Shown here one piece after another: positions 14,597 through 28,579 of a stretch of 64,000 nt of DNA. The notes under the pieces were generated by a model, which did no database searches, was not told where the DNA came from, and was given only the letters and a program-made list of their open reading frames with translations. The translations under genes were made by a program, and so were the position numbers. Source of the DNA: Octopus vulgaris (lineage: Eukaryota); the NCBI GenBank assembly GCA_951406725.2, contig OX597819.1, positions 108,934,001-108,998,000 of the forward strand. Direction: 5' to 3'. Numbering within the stretch: position 1 is the first letter of the stretch; each line of letters starts with the position of its first letter.

Positions 14597-15311
14597 CATA
14601 CACATATTTTTTCAAATGTATGTACATATATGTGTGTATATATATATGTGTGTGTATATAAAGTCGATTAAGTCCTTCTCAAAATTTTGAAATATACAAG
14701 AAGCATAAAAAAACTGCATTATTCATGGGATGACCCAATATATATACATATGAATACATGTGTGTGTGTGTGTGTGTGTGTGCGCGCACGCATGCATGTA
14801 TGTATGCACACGCATGTGTGTGTATACACATGTATTTATATAAGTATGTATGTATGTCATTTTCAGTTTTATTTCAAGATTTCTTGTCAATAAAGATCTT
14901 GTTTTAACTTAGATCCAAGACCCCTTCATTAGAATTTCAACATCAACAGGGTATTTTTATATGTACGTACGTATGTATGTATGTATGTATGTATGTATGT
15001 TTGTATGTATGTTTGTATGTATGTATGCAGACTTGTATGTTTTGTTTTACGTATGTCTTCTCATGCATATACTTGCATATCTAGCTATGTTCATGTTTAT
15101 TTAAACGATAAACTTCAGGAAAGCTTTACATATTTTTACAGTTCCAGTGATGGCTTGGATCTGTAGTCTTTGAATCAACTTGCCCCTTTCTGGTTTTGAG
15201 ATGCCTAATTCCTCAAGGTTAGCATTTAGGCAATGTGTTGTACGTCCTAGTGCCATGTATGTATGTATGTACGCAATGGGCTTCCTTCAACTTTTGTCTA
15301 CCAAATTAATG

Positions 15312-15475
15312 TATCATCATTATCATCGTCCTTTAACACCCATTTTCCATGCTGGCATAGATTGGGTGATTTGCACCAGGTTCCAGTCTAATTTAGCTTG
15401 GTTTCTACAGCTGGATGCCCTTCCTAATGCCAACCACTCAACAGTGTGTGCTGGGTGCTTTTAACGTGGCACTGA
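15312..15475 (-). mobile_element. RTE-type LINE 3' tail fragment
   Basis: (CAT)n then TTTTCCATGCTGGCAT..TTTCTACAGCTGGATGCCCTTCCTAATGCCAACCAC, as at 16735-16920. Confidence 0.8.
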
Positions 15476-15890
15476 CATATTATCCTACTTTCCAAACGGT
15501 ACGGTATCATTTAAGGATGATATAGTTCTTATTTCTAGCAGATACATCAAGGTGCTATATAGATGCTTATTTGTTGTCTTAGTTTTGGTGTTTGACATCA
15601 TGATGATGGTAGCAGTTATGGAGGGTTGAGGCTATTGTTTCATTCCATGTCAGCCCTGAACCAGCAACAGGGTAGTCATGGTAAAACACAGTCCACATGT
15701 TTACTTGTCACTAATGTAGAGTTTGACTCTAGTGAGTATCTCCTATTTTAGGTCATTCAGTGTATTGAACCTTTCGATCAGTGATATCATTGGGTGGGCC
15801 GGGTATGCAGAATGAAAGTACAGCCACTTTAAACATGTTTGCTGTAGTCAAAGGCATGTTACATTTAAGAAAGCGGGTGTCTAATTTATA

Positions 15891-15931
<41 letters not shown>

Positions 15932-16489
15932 CTGTATATACATACATATATATAGATACATACATACATACATACATACATACATACATACATACATACA
16001 AACATGCATGCATACATACATTCACACACACACACACACACACACGCATGCACGCACTCACACACACACATGCATACACATATATATAGTATGCATGTAA
16101 ATATAATATATAAATCTCGTGAAATGTTGACTGCACCATGCAAAATGTCATGGAAAACCCTGACATGAATCATACATGTCATGAAGAATCATGACAAGTT
16201 ATCCACAAGTACTTATTATTATATATACTTATTTAGATATATATATTTTTAATTACTATTATATCAGCCTGAGACTGATAATCACAATGTAATCTATGTA
16301 CGCTGCGGGTAAAGTTTAAATGTTTTGTTATACTTGAGTTCTGATAGTCTTTAGGGTTGTCCTTTTAAAAAAATAAGTGCTTATACTTATCATATCCAAT
16401 AAATGATAATACTGCGGTATAAATTATTTATGTAATCCGAACTTAATGTTATCATATAAAAATAATGCATTAAGTTATTTTTTCCCTTT

Positions 16490-16699
16490 TGCTTTTACTT
16501 GTTTCAGTCATTTGAATGTGGCCATGCTGGGGCACCACCTTGAAGAGTTTTAGTTGAACAAGTCAACGCCAGGATTTATTGTTTTTTAAGCCTAATATTT
16601 ATTCAATTGGTCCCATTTGCCGAATTGCTAAGAGGACATAAACACACCAACACCAGTTGTCAAGCAGTGACAACACAAAGATATGCACACATAGATATA

Positions 16700-16733
<34 letters not shown>

Positions 16734-16734
16734 C
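16490..16734 (-). mobile_element. SINE family A 3' half
   Basis: Tail motif plus (CATA)n; truncated where the LINE begins. Confidence 0.8.
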
Positions 16735-17520
16735 ATCATCATCATCATTGTCATTTAACGTCTGTTTTCCATGCTAGCATGAGTTGGACTGTTCGACCGG
16801 GGTCTGTAAAGCCTGGAGGCTGCACCAGGCTCCAGTCTGATCTGGCAGTGTTTCTACAGCTGAATGTCCTTCCTAACACCAACCACTCCGTGAGTGTAGT
16901 GGGTGCTTTTTACGTGCCACTGGCACAGGGGTCAGAGGAGGCTAGCAACGGCCACAATTTGTTGGTGCTTTTTACGTGCCACCGGCATGGAAGCCAGTCA
17001 AGGCAACGCTGGCATCGGTCATGTTTGGATGGTGCTTTTTACATGCCACCGGTACAGGTACCACAACTACAATTTCCATTTGATTTTTATTTTGATGTTG
17101 ATTTACTTGACTCAATAGGTCTCCTCAAGCACAGCACGTCACCCTACAATCCAAGGTAAGCACAGCAGGTCTTCCTACAATCCAAGGTACTTTTGAATGG
17201 GCTGGAGCTGGTTATGTGAAAGTAGTGTAGGATACAGCTATGAACTCACTTTATTTGTCGAGTCTTCACAGTCACAGCATATCTCCAGAGGTCTCGGTCT
17301 TTTGTCATTGCCTCTGTGAGGCCCAATGAGCGAAGGTCATGCTTGACCACCTCATCCCATGTCTTCCTGGGTCTACCTCTACCCCGGAATCCTTCAACTG
17401 TTTGGGAGTGGCACTTCTTCACACATCTCTCCTCATCCATCCATAGTACATGATCATACCAGCACAAATGTCTCTCTTGCATGCCACATCCGATGTTTCT
17501 TATGTCCAACATTTCTCTCA
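16735..17520 (-). mobile_element. 5'-truncated RTE-clade LINE (ORF C-terminus, 3' UTR, (GAT)n tail)
   Basis: ORF 17246-17512: RHLCWYDHVLWMDEERCVKK..VEGFRGRGRPRKTWDEVVKHDL..DRDLWR, a typical RTE C-terminus. Confidence 0.9.
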
Positions 17521-17565
17521 GGGTTTATGTTCCTATAACCTGTGTTAATTCTGTAACCCTTTAAA

Positions 17566-17820
17566 ATGGAAGATAAGAAAGTTCATTTTCAGCACTTGAT
17601 GCTTTGGGAACCAGACAAAAATTGCTGCAGCTCAGCTGGGATGTGTTACCCCACCCTCCATATTCACCAGATATTGCTCCTTCGGATTTCCACCTATTCA
17701 GGTCTCTGCAGAATAGTCTTAATGGTAAAAATTTCAATTCCTTGGATGATGTAAAAAGATACCTTGATGAATTCTTTGCCATGAAACCACCTCAATTCTG
17801 AGAAGAGGGTATTTTCAAGG
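17566..17820 (+). pseudogene. Internally deleted mariner transposase remnant
   Basis: WDVLPHPPYSPDIAPSDFHLFRSLQNSL (the YSPDLAPSD motif) preceded directly by N-terminal-like MEDKKVHFQHLML. Confidence 0.9.
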
Positions 17821-18849
17821 AGAGAACTGCAATTTGTCTGTAGAAGGTTAGCTGTGGTATATTGTAGGTGAGTACTCAAGAGCATCTGCACGAATGTCTG
17901 AGGTTGTCTGTCAAGGCCATCTATTTGAGTTAGGCACCAAACGGTTTTTATAGGGTACAGAGGAGGCAAGTTTTAGATAATTTGAGGAGCTATTTCATGC
18001 CACAGCTTCATGTGAAACTCTGGTGACTCACTTGAGGATTCTTGCTGTTGCAGATCAAATCCCTACAAGTGAAATGCAGTTTGGTAGATGGAAAGTAATT
18101 AGTAAAGGAGTGTTAATTGAAAGTTATTTATAGTACAAAATATATGATATTGCTCTAGAGAATAAGGATACCTATTCTATATGATTCAAGAATGCACCAA
18201 AATGAATCTAATTGCTAAATATTTTCGAGAAAAGTGAGGGATTTACACAGTCGGACTCCAGTTGTTGGGTTTAACAGTGCTTGCTTGACATCCCTTCACA
18301 CAGTGCTTCACGAAAGATACGATAATTTTAAAGTTCAACACACTTTGTATAAGATGCAATGGACGCCCTGCATTCTGGGTGAAATTCTTTTTTGTACAAT
18401 GTTAGAATCCTATGCAGTGTGAGACGTACGCTCCAATCGTCAGAAACATACAAATTAAGTTTTGACTCAACCAACAAGACTTTTGACTTGTCTAACGACA
18501 TCCAATTCTCATACTTGTCCAACCAGTATAACACTGCTGGTACAACTGCTGCTTATTGTCAATATTGCTACAGACGATGACGGCAATAGTAAAAGTGACG
18601 ATGACAGCCAAATATTGCAACAACAAAAATAACAAACCGGAACAGAAATAAATAAAAAATATGTATGAAACCCAATGCAATATAACAAAGTGAGCATTCC
18701 TGTTGTTAATCCAAGCATGACACACACACCCATGCACACAGACGCACACACACACACTCACACATACACACACAAAAGCACACATGTACGCGCACACACA
18801 CATATGACAACAAACATGCATTCATACACAAAACATTCTTCTTAAAGTG

Positions 18850-19400
18850 ATTGCAGCCAAGATGCTTTTCACCATCCCTCATGAAGAATCTGTCCTCCGT
18901 TAGCTTTATCAGATCCATAATTTCACTCATATCTCAACCAACGATATGAAAGTAGGTGAGTAGTTTTTCTTTTATTACGGGACAGACGTCTCCATAATAT
19001 AACATCTGGTATGGCCGGGTGTTCAGAATGAGAGCAGTGACATGAAAAACCTACTCTGCGTTGAGCAACAATAGTAAGGATAAATTTGAATGTGTCAATA
19101 AATTTCTTCTTTGGTCCTTTTCTCACAAACAAAACATTTTGAGGTCTCATGGTTAGTCTGGAGAATACAATCATAACGATTTTTAAAACTCTTTCTACAT
19201 AGTTCAGGTTTTGGCCCAGAAGTACGCCATTTTTGTTCACTTTGAAATAATTGATTGCCAGATATTGTAAAGCATGCTAAAAGCACTTTGTCCGATGCAG
19301 TTAAAAATGTCTTTCTTACTATCACTAATATAGTGTATGGATTCGAACCCCAACTGTAAGATAGTCAGTTAAGCATCATGTGTGGACTACCACAGTTTCA
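18850..19400 (-). mobile_element. Degraded RTE-like LINE C-terminal fragment
   Basis: VAQRRVGFSCHC..DVILWR and LIKLTEDR resemble RRLRFAGHC..VLLW and the terminal DRxxWR. Confidence 0.55.
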
Positions 19401-19590
19401 CGCGATTGTTCTATAAATCAATCAATCAGTGTGAAGGTGTGCATGATATTGCTCCTCGAATGATTTAAAATGGCCTCTTCTTCACCCTATAAAAACCGTT
19501 TGGCATCTAACTCAGAACAGATTAACTTCCACCATACGTACACACATACATAGGTGTGTATGTGTAGATGTAATATGAATATATATATAT

Positions 19591-19806
19591 AGTTAATACA
19601 AACATGAAAACACCAATAGAAAACACAGCAACGCGAGGACGTGGAACAAATATAGTATTATTGGACGCTCAGGAAGGAAGGGAAGAAGGAGGGTTTTACG
19701 TTTCGAGCGGAGCTCTTCGTCAGAAACATAGGAAAAGGAAAGATCCAGAGAAAGGAAGACGGAGGAAAAAAATCGCCAACGGTACACAAACGGTCACATT
19801 TTGAAT
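19591..19806 (-). mobile_element. ~200-bp hammerhead-bearing element (probable Penelope-like pLTR), flanked by (TA)n
   Basis: Closely similar to both arms at 47152-47642. Confidence 0.8.
19693..19727 (-). ncRNA. Minimal type I hammerhead ribozyme motif
   Basis: Reverse complement reads GTTT-CTGACGA-A-GAGC-tcc-GCTC-GAAAC-GTA-AAAC: intact core, helix II, palindromic ACGT helix III, GUA triplet and helix I GTTT/AAAC. Confidence 0.75.
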
Positions 19807-19823
19807 ATAGATATATATATATA

Positions 19824-21232
19824 CTAGACTATCAGTGACCTGTTGGGTCACCTGGAAAGTATCAGTTTCCCAGCAATGGAGTTTTGTTTCATAGTTTTTT
19901 TCTCCAGGTTATTTCGCTTGCTTTCAACGAACGTGACAAGGAAATCACGTGTAAATGGTTCTTTTCCCCAGAAATGGAAAGAGTTAGCTGCTATTTCTTG
20001 CACGCCCTGCTATCACGTAACGCGTATTTCGGGTCCTTTATCGTAAATAGCTGTTACGTGGTAGCAGGTCATGCTAGAAATAACAGCCAAATCTTTGGAA
20101 TTGAGATACGTTGAATGCACTAAAAAAATTTTTTGTAATGGTATTCCTTTGGGGGCGATCTTTTGTTTTGACTCTCAGAACTGTCATCCAGATCAGCTGA
20201 TCTTCGTTAATTTTCGTAAAAATTTGTTATTTATTTACTTTTGTTTTAAAGTGAAAGATATGAGAAAGTAAAAGATATATAAATGTACATATGAAATGGA
20301 CGTGTGTGTATGTGTGTGTGGGAGAGAGAGAGATAGTACCACTTACACATACATGAGAACACACACGTTCACTCACTCTCTCTCTCTCTCTCTCTCACTC
20401 ACACTCACACACACGCGCACATGCACACATACATACAAAAAAGATGTACACATGCATTGATGTATGTACGTATACATGACAACACACCCCTTCACTCACT
20501 CTCTCTTTTTCTCTCTCGTTTCCTCTCTCTCGTTTCCTCTCTCTCTTTCTCTCTATCTCCCTCGTTTCCTCTCTCTCTCTCTCTTTCTCTCTTGCACACA
20601 CACGTCCATTTCATATACATATACATACATCTTTCACTTTCTCCTCACTTTCACTTTAAAACAAAAGTAAATAAAAAAAATTGCGGAAATTAACGAACTG
20701 CGGATGACAGTTCTGAGAGTCAAAGCGAAAGATCGCCATTCACTTGAAAATAATATTTTAAAAAAACATTAAAATATTGTCTGTTTAAAGAAAGCTTAAA
20801 TATAAATACTTACTGTACAAACAACTTACATTTTTGAACTCACATTCAGTTAAAAATATTTCTAAATGATTAAAATATCGTGTACGTTTTTTCTTTTCTT
20901 AGAGACGTTCTTTTTTCTTAGAGAGCGCGATGACTATGTGTGTGTATATGTCACAGACAGCGGGCGTGTGTTTGTGTTGATTATCAAGCCATGACATTCG
21001 TTATATGCGTCTGTGTTGACGTCACGGAAGCCATGTTTTTTTCGTCAAGAAATAACAAACAGGAATTGTGTTTAATCCTTTTCGTTAATAAATAGAAGCC
21101 CAAATATCACAAAAATTTGTACTGTATTGCCGAAAATAGATATGTAAAAAAAAATTAAGATAAAAATATACTATTTTTGAGATATTTCGGGTACACTCAA
21201 ACCTCTCTAGACTTTTAATATTATATATATAG
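19824..21232 (-). mobile_element. Non-autonomous Helitron-like element H3 with internal inverted repeat
   Basis: A|CTAG at 19823-19827 plus hairpin GTGACC-tgttg-GGTCAC; far end TAATATTATATATATAG; inverted arms at about 20153-20310 and 20596-20737. Confidence 0.6.
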
Positions 21233-21655
21233 GTACAAGAGTGGCTGTGTGGTATGTAGCTTGTTTACCAACCACATGGTTCTGCGTTCAGTGTCACTGC
21301 GTGGCACCTTGGGCAAGTGTCTTCTACTATAGTCTCAGGCCGACAAAGCGTTGTGAGTGGATTTGGTAGATGGAAACTGAAAGAATCCCGTCGTATATAT
21401 ATGTGTGTGTGGGTGGGTGTGCATGTGTTTGTGTGTATGGATGTATATTTGGGTATCTGTGTATGTCCCCCCACCACCACCATCGCTTGACAACCGATGC
21501 TGGTGTATTTACGTCCTCGTAACCTAGCGGTTCGGCAAAAGAGACCAATAGAATAAGTACTAGTCTTCCAAAGAATAAGTCCTGGGGTCGATCTGTTCGA
21601 CTAAAGGTGGTGCTGCAGTATGGCCGCAGTCAAATGACTAAAAGAATAAAAGAAT
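21231..21655 (+). mobile_element. SINE family A
   Basis: Full length. Confidence 0.9.
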
Positions 21656-22006
21656 GTGTGTGTGTGAGCGGTGCTGAGGGGTGCCGCCCTCAAGAAAGGA
21701 AGTGCACCTTTCTAAATAGTGTTACTACGCTCTTTTCTTCTGGAATTGTATTCCTTATGACCTTGTACCTTCCCTTCGAAAAAATCCTGGTGTGTGTATG
21801 AATGGATGGATGGATACGCAAACAGACACACACATGCGTATGTGCACTCATGTCTAACACTAAGACGTGGGAAGACCTTTCACTGCAGAAATCGTCCTAT
21901 AAGCAAAATTATATGCGTGTGTGTGTGTGTGAATATTTATGTCTGTATGTTTGCATATGTCTATATATATATGTATGTATGCATATAATGCATATATACA
22001 CACATT

Positions 22007-22072
<66 letters not shown>

Positions 22073-22108
22073 TATATATACGCTTATATATGTGTATGTA
22101 TGTATGTG

Positions 22109-22152
<44 letters not shown>

Positions 22153-22789
22153 TGTGTGTGTGCTTGTATGTGTATGTATGTATTTAAAATTCACTAATAA
22201 GGCTTTCAAACATATAACTGTAGAGTTATCTACATTATACATGTTTCAAGTATTACGAAGTGTTCTCTATATTATATATCTACATTTCACATATACACGC
22301 ACGTACTCGAACACACAAAACGCATACTCACGCACGCGCACCACACACGCACACGAATAAATTTGGAAAGTAATACGTAGAATTCGTTATAGAAACAATA
22401 ATACAATCGCAAATCAACGGCTGAGACATATTAAACAAAGTAAATATATGGATTAGGCTTATCTTCTCAGAGACGTAGAAATAATTCTAATCCACAGATG
22501 TATATTAATATTTGTCTCGATTGTTGATTTGCTATTGTACCACTCTTTGTATAACGAATTCTCTCTCTCTGTCTGCCTCTGCTTGTCTGCCTGTCAGTCT
22601 CTCTTTGTTATACATGTATACATACATAAATGCATACATGTGCGTGTGTGTGTGCGCGCGAGTATACAGACATACACACACATATTAGTATAAATGCATA
22701 CAAATAAACATACATACAGACACACATACACACGGATAAGACCTTAACAATCCAGTTTTCACACGGATAAAACTAGAAAAGAAGATTAG

Positions 22790-23880
22790 AATAAAAACCA
22801 TTGATGCTGCACTAGTGAGTTCCTATGAAGAAGAAAGATCATAGAAAGAACACTTGATGCTTAAGCGGATAAAATCATATCCGAGAGATTTCTTCCGCTA
22901 TGCACGATAGTTTCTGGTTCTGAAAGCAAAATCAGTTCGCATCAATACCAAGATGAGGCGTATATGGAAGATCCTTCACATATGCATTGCCTGCTTAAAG
23001 AGCAATATGAAAGTATCGTTTCTCAGCTAAGGAATGAACAATCTGTTGAACACCCAAATATATTCAACAAGACATCGGCTTTTCACAGCGACTTAACGAA
23101 TAAAAAGTTAACCAGAACAAGATTTCATCAAATCAAAGAGCTATCTAGACGCAAATTTGAACCCAAGACCAGACAGCCTTCTAGGTCTGCTCCAAAAATC
23201 AGAGCTATTTAGATGATGGACGACTACCAGAAAGGCTGAAAGAAATGCTGATACGGACTCGTAAAGGTAGCATAGTGCACAAATAAACAATTGCATACCT
23301 GTGTAACTTACATCATACCTTTCGAAAGCCCTGGAGAAACTCAGAAGCAAAAGAGGTAATAAACTGTTTAGACCAATAGAAGCTTTTTAACAATACCCTG
23401 AAAACACTGTCACGGTAGTTTTTTTACCATTAGGACAACTAAACTCTGAAAAGTCTGTTTTCTGGATTTATGATTGACTGTGTATGCTTTAATTTTGCCA
23501 ATTTTTTTTATGAGGCCGACTGTGGAATCTGAAAAACATTGGCATAATAGGAAGGTGAGTATTTGGATTTCTGATTTTCTAAAAAGCCGAAAGAAATCAT
23601 GTAGAAGCCATAGGAATCCCGTTCGTGGTGATAATTGAAGTGGTATATGACACCGTTCAGAGTCCTGTTTTGTTCCTCATAATGTTGTCAGACATAGTAA
23701 AAAATATAAATTAAGCCGCATTCAGTAGCCAAGCAGACGACACTAGAGAGACGCTCAAGATCAAAATAAGTAATATCTGTACGCACCCACGAAACCTAGA
23801 CGCCATATACAAATTGGATAAATGACAATGATATATCGTTCAACACCACAGAATTCCATGCCTTCGATTACAGCAAGATT
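22790..23880 (+). mobile_element. Degraded CR1/Jockey-group LINE RT remnant
   Basis: IKSYPRDFFRYAR, and SPVLFLIMLSDI..FSSQADDTR (cf. GPLLFLI..FADDT); many stops. Confidence 0.7.
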
Positions 23881-24902
23881 TGCAACTGTTTAGTTTGAGT
23901 CTTTCGTTTCACCACCCACTCCTGACATTCTACCAACTCTACCACCTTTACAAATAATAATAATGATTTCTAATGTTGGTACACAATTACATACACTCGA
24001 AATCGCTTGTTACCAAGTGATCATTGCCATCAAAATTTATAGGACCCTTTGGCAGAATCGTTACCACGTCGGACAAAAAGATTAGCTTCCGAATTTATGC
24101 TCTAAATTCTAATACCACCGAAATCCACTTTGCTTTTCATTCCTTCGTGGTCTATGCAATCGACTTAATCCTCCCCAGAAATTACCGGCCTTGTGCCAAA
24201 ATTTAAAATCAAAATGAATAGGACCCAAAGTTATTTGTTTAATGTTATCAGCCGATTATTTTTACGGAAAAAGTTTCATCCGAAGTTATCATAATAAATG
24301 GCTTTCACCGAATTTGTTGGTAGAATACTAACTTAACTACTACTTTTATTTTATCAACTCTAGATGTAAAATTTCTGAACTAATGGTTTACCAAATATAC
24401 AACAAATCCAATAAGAACGTCCATAAACAGATTGGGGTACAAAGAATTGAATTACTTAAAGTAGCTGTCTCCTCTCATTTGTAGCATATTCTTTCAACAT
24501 CGCTACCTGGCCCTTGTTTAATGCCATAAGTGGCAAATGAAGTTATTGGGATGTCGTTCTGATGCACATCTGTCTTTGACAAAAATTTCAGACCTGTTGA
24601 AGCCTACTACACTCCGGGTTTCAAAACAGCAGTTTCTTCTAGAAAGAGAAAGAATCAAAGAAACAAAAATAAAGAATGATGAATCGATCCTCGTACGGTG
24701 CTGGTACTTTATTTATCGATCCTGAAAGGACGAAAGGCCGAGCTAAGTTTACTCTACTCTCAGAAACCATTGGTTGTACTCTTTTTTTCACATTGATTTG
24801 TTTCTGCACATGTTGTACCAGTTTGGGTTGTGCAATTATCCTGTGCAGCAACATAAGTTGTAACCCATCGTAGATTGATGGCTAGTTTTTGACATGCAGA
24901 CG

Positions 24903-24976
<74 letters not shown>

Positions 24977-25717
24977 CCACTCACACGCACACACAACCAC
25001 ACACACGCACACACAACCACACACACACCGCCGCCACCACCACAACAACAACAATACAATAACATAAGCCATGTGGCAGTAACGAAATAGTTCTGGTCTT
25101 ACGGCATTGTCTGGTATGTACTGATAATTAAGTTAACCGTGTATTCGGAATGAAATATAGAAAGAACATATGACAGGAAGGACCTAAAATTTGAAGTAGT
25201 TAGGGAGACGAGTAAAACACGATGATGGTCGTATACAGCGCTTCAAGTAACGAAAGTAAGTTGGTTGTCATGCTCCAGTTTTGTAGGTAGATTCATGAAG
25301 GATGGCATTGGACTTGGGAAGGAGAGCCGAGAAGTGATTCAGAAACAGATAATGCATCGTTTCATAGGTTTGTAAGGAGAAAAAAAACAACACCGAAAAG
25401 TACACGCGTCAGATGTTATCTATTTGGAAACTGCAGCCATAAAAAAACCCGTGGTTCCCAAAATTTACTGACACAACTCCTGTGCACCCTTTCTCCTTTG
25501 TGGTTCTCTTACAGCTTCTTTCTTGTCTTTTTCTTTTTGTTTTTTTTATTTTGTCCTGTGCATGCACATTTGGCTTTCATTGCTACTTTTTTTGGTTGAT
25601 TTATTGCTGCTTTCTGTTCCCTCTTTTACCCTTTTACGACGAGTTGTAGTACACTTGAGTACTGCATACAATAAACGCGTTGTTGTGGTTGTTCTTGTTG
25701 TTAAGGCGGCGAGTTGG

Positions 25718-25949
25718 AAGGGCGGTGAGCTGGCAGAAACGTTAGCACGCCGGGCGAAAAGCGTAGCCGTATTTCGTCTGTCGTTACGTTGTGAGTTCAA
25801 ATTCCACCGAGGTCGACTTTGCCTTTCATCCTTTCGGGGTCGATAAATTAAGTATCAGTTACACACTGGGGTCGATGTAATCGACTTAATCCCTTTGTCT
25901 GTCCTTGTTTGACCTCTCTGTGTTTAGCCCCTTGTAGGTAGTAGAGAAA
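25718..25949 (+). mobile_element. SINE family B inserted into the head of an older family B copy
   Basis: Perfect 16-bp TSD TAAGGCGGCGAGTTGG at 25702-25717 and 25950-25965; the older copy continues to about 26060. Confidence 0.9.
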
Positions 25950-26379
25950 TAAGGCGGCGAGTTGGTAGATACTTTAGTGCTTCGGACAAAATGCTTAGCG
26001 ACATTTCTTCCGGCTCTTTACGTTCTGACTTCAAATACTGCTGAGGTTAACTTTGCCATAAGCTATAATTAAACACACACACACACTTATTTATCAATGC
26101 GACACGCACATCCGGTACAAGAGTGCAAGTTTATCGCATGCACTCGCATATGTACAGCACACACAGGTATATGCACACCTAATGCAATTCAGATAAAGGC
26201 TAAACTCCAAGAGCTGTCTTGACTTAAACAAAAGAGCCTTGCTGCTTTATAGTGATCTGCTTGAATTCTGCAGAAGAAAGAATTCAAATAAATTTCAAAT
26301 AAATATATTTGCAAACATATACTTACTCACTCACTCGCGCACGCATGCATACCTGAACGCACACGCACATAGAAACGTG

Positions 26380-26850
26380 TATCTTTTATCTTTTATTTGT
26401 TAAAGTCATTAGATTGCGGCCATGCTGGGGCACCGACTTGAAGAATTTTTAGCCAAATGAATCGACCCCAGTACTTATTGTTTTAAAACCTGGTACATTT
26501 TCTATCATTTCTTATGCCGAACTGCTAAGTCACGGGAACATAAACACACCAACACCGGATGTCAGTTCGTGGTGGGCGAAAAACACAGACACAAAGACTC
26601 ATACATACATGCATGCATGTATGTATGTGTGTACCTATGTATGTATGTATGTATGTATGTATTTATGTATGTATGTATGTATGTATGTATGTATGTATGT
26701 ATGTATGTATACATGCATGTACGTACGTATGTATGTATGCATGTGTATATGTAATGTATGTATATACAACAAGCTTCTTTCAGTTTCCATCTATAAAACC
26801 CACTCAGAAGGATTTGGTCGACCCGTAACTACATTAGAAGTCACTTGCCC
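26380..26850 (-). mobile_element. SINE family A, head truncated
   Basis: Tail and body motifs with central (GTAT)n. Confidence 0.8.
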
Positions 26851-26998
26851 AAATCTATTAGGGTAATAAAGATTTTAGAAATGTTTACTACCAGTGGCCT
26901 AGCGTATAGAAAGATTAGTCAATAGACTGTATATTATTCATATAAAATACTATATACATACATACGTACATACATACATACATACATACATACATACA

Positions 26999-27052
<54 letters not shown>

Positions 27053-27053
<1 letters not shown>

Positions 27054-27520
27054 CTTTTATCACCTTTTAGATCTTAAATTGCTCTATATTTTGTATTGAG
27101 AACTTAGCTCGCGTTTGCATTGAATAAGTTGAATTCATTTATCTATGCAAACACGTGTGTTTGTGTGTCTGTACGTATTATATATATATATGTATGCACA
27201 GACACACCAGTGAGCTAATCTTGACGAAACTTTGCATATATGTTGAATTAACATCCATTTCAATTATAGGCTAATTGGATTTCAATAATGGGCGGGGTTG
27301 GGCTATTATTTGATAAGATGAGAAGGGTGAAAAGAGTATTAGTGTGAGGAAAATGTGGTAGCATAGTGAGTGTGGCTGATATCAGGGAAGGAAAGAACAG
27401 CGTTGTGTAAGCGATAAATATGGAGTGGCAGTGGGATGTTAACGTTAATACAGCTGTCATTCACGGATATACTCCGGACTCTGCATACATACTTTCGTAA
27501 ATACATAGATACATGCATAC

Positions 27521-27601
<81 letters not shown>

Positions 27602-27731
27602 CACACATGCACATAACTACTAAAACGCCGGAGAAGGAAAAAAGGTGGGTGTGAAGAATACGTAGCTTTAAGGAGAGAGGGGTAGGGGGGTTTCTGCTGT
27701 CCATTGCAAAAAAAAAAACACACACACACAC

Positions 27732-27762
<31 letters not shown>

Positions 27763-28485
27763 CATATTATATACATATACATACATACATAAATACATAC
27801 ATATATACATACATACATATGTATACACCATTTTAAACTCGTGATTATCAATGTACGTTTGTAAATGTGTGCGTGTTTATGTTTCAGTGTGTGTGTGTGT
27901 GTCACACCCTATAACTATCAGTCTCTCTACATTTGTAGGGTCTTCCCTGTTGCTGTCACATATTGTGAAATTTTAAAATTACGTCAAAATTTTCAAATTT
28001 GGTATATTGAAATAATTTTCTACGTTAAATCCGATTTTGTTATTTATTTATTCCAGAAAAATTGCAGAAAAATGTTACTGTGTTTTAAAATTTAAGCAAT
28101 TTTACCTCATCAGAAAACAGGATTTGGAAGCTGACATTTTCTGCATGATAGCTATCTATCACAAGATGAAAGCAAAATCATTGTGAGGAGGAATTTTTAT
28201 TAAACAAACGAAAGCAAAGCAATACGACGACCAAAGTTGTAGGAATTTCTGAAGTTTTGATAAGTTTTAATGAATAAAGTCATCTGAAACGGTCGAACAG
28301 ACATGTAAATAATTTTAAAAGGCAAGGAATCCTCAACGAAGTGTTTTTGCGAAAAATTGCACGAATCTTTCCTGGTCAATAGGCCTATCTGTCGGAGAAG
28401 GCATGGTCTGATATGGAATAAACAAAAATTTATATAAGACATTCTAGTGTAAAAGTTACCCGGCAACGACGGGCCATTCAGCTAG
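27053..28485 (+). mobile_element. Non-autonomous Helitron-like element H4
   Basis: 3' ACCCGGCAACGACGGG hairpin identical to H1, then CTAG|T at 28482-28486; 5' end uncertain (A|TCTTTT at 27053). Confidence 0.6.
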
Positions 28486-28505
28486 TACATACATACACAC
28501 ATACA

Positions 28506-28541
<36 letters not shown>

Positions 28542-28579
28542 TATACATAAATATATGTATATACATACATACACATATA

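Noticed and set aside
14885-14940. Second, degenerate hammerhead on the minus strand (CTAATGAAG..TAAAAC)
   Set aside because: Both core boxes mismatch and the helices are unconvincing; a family consensus would be needed.
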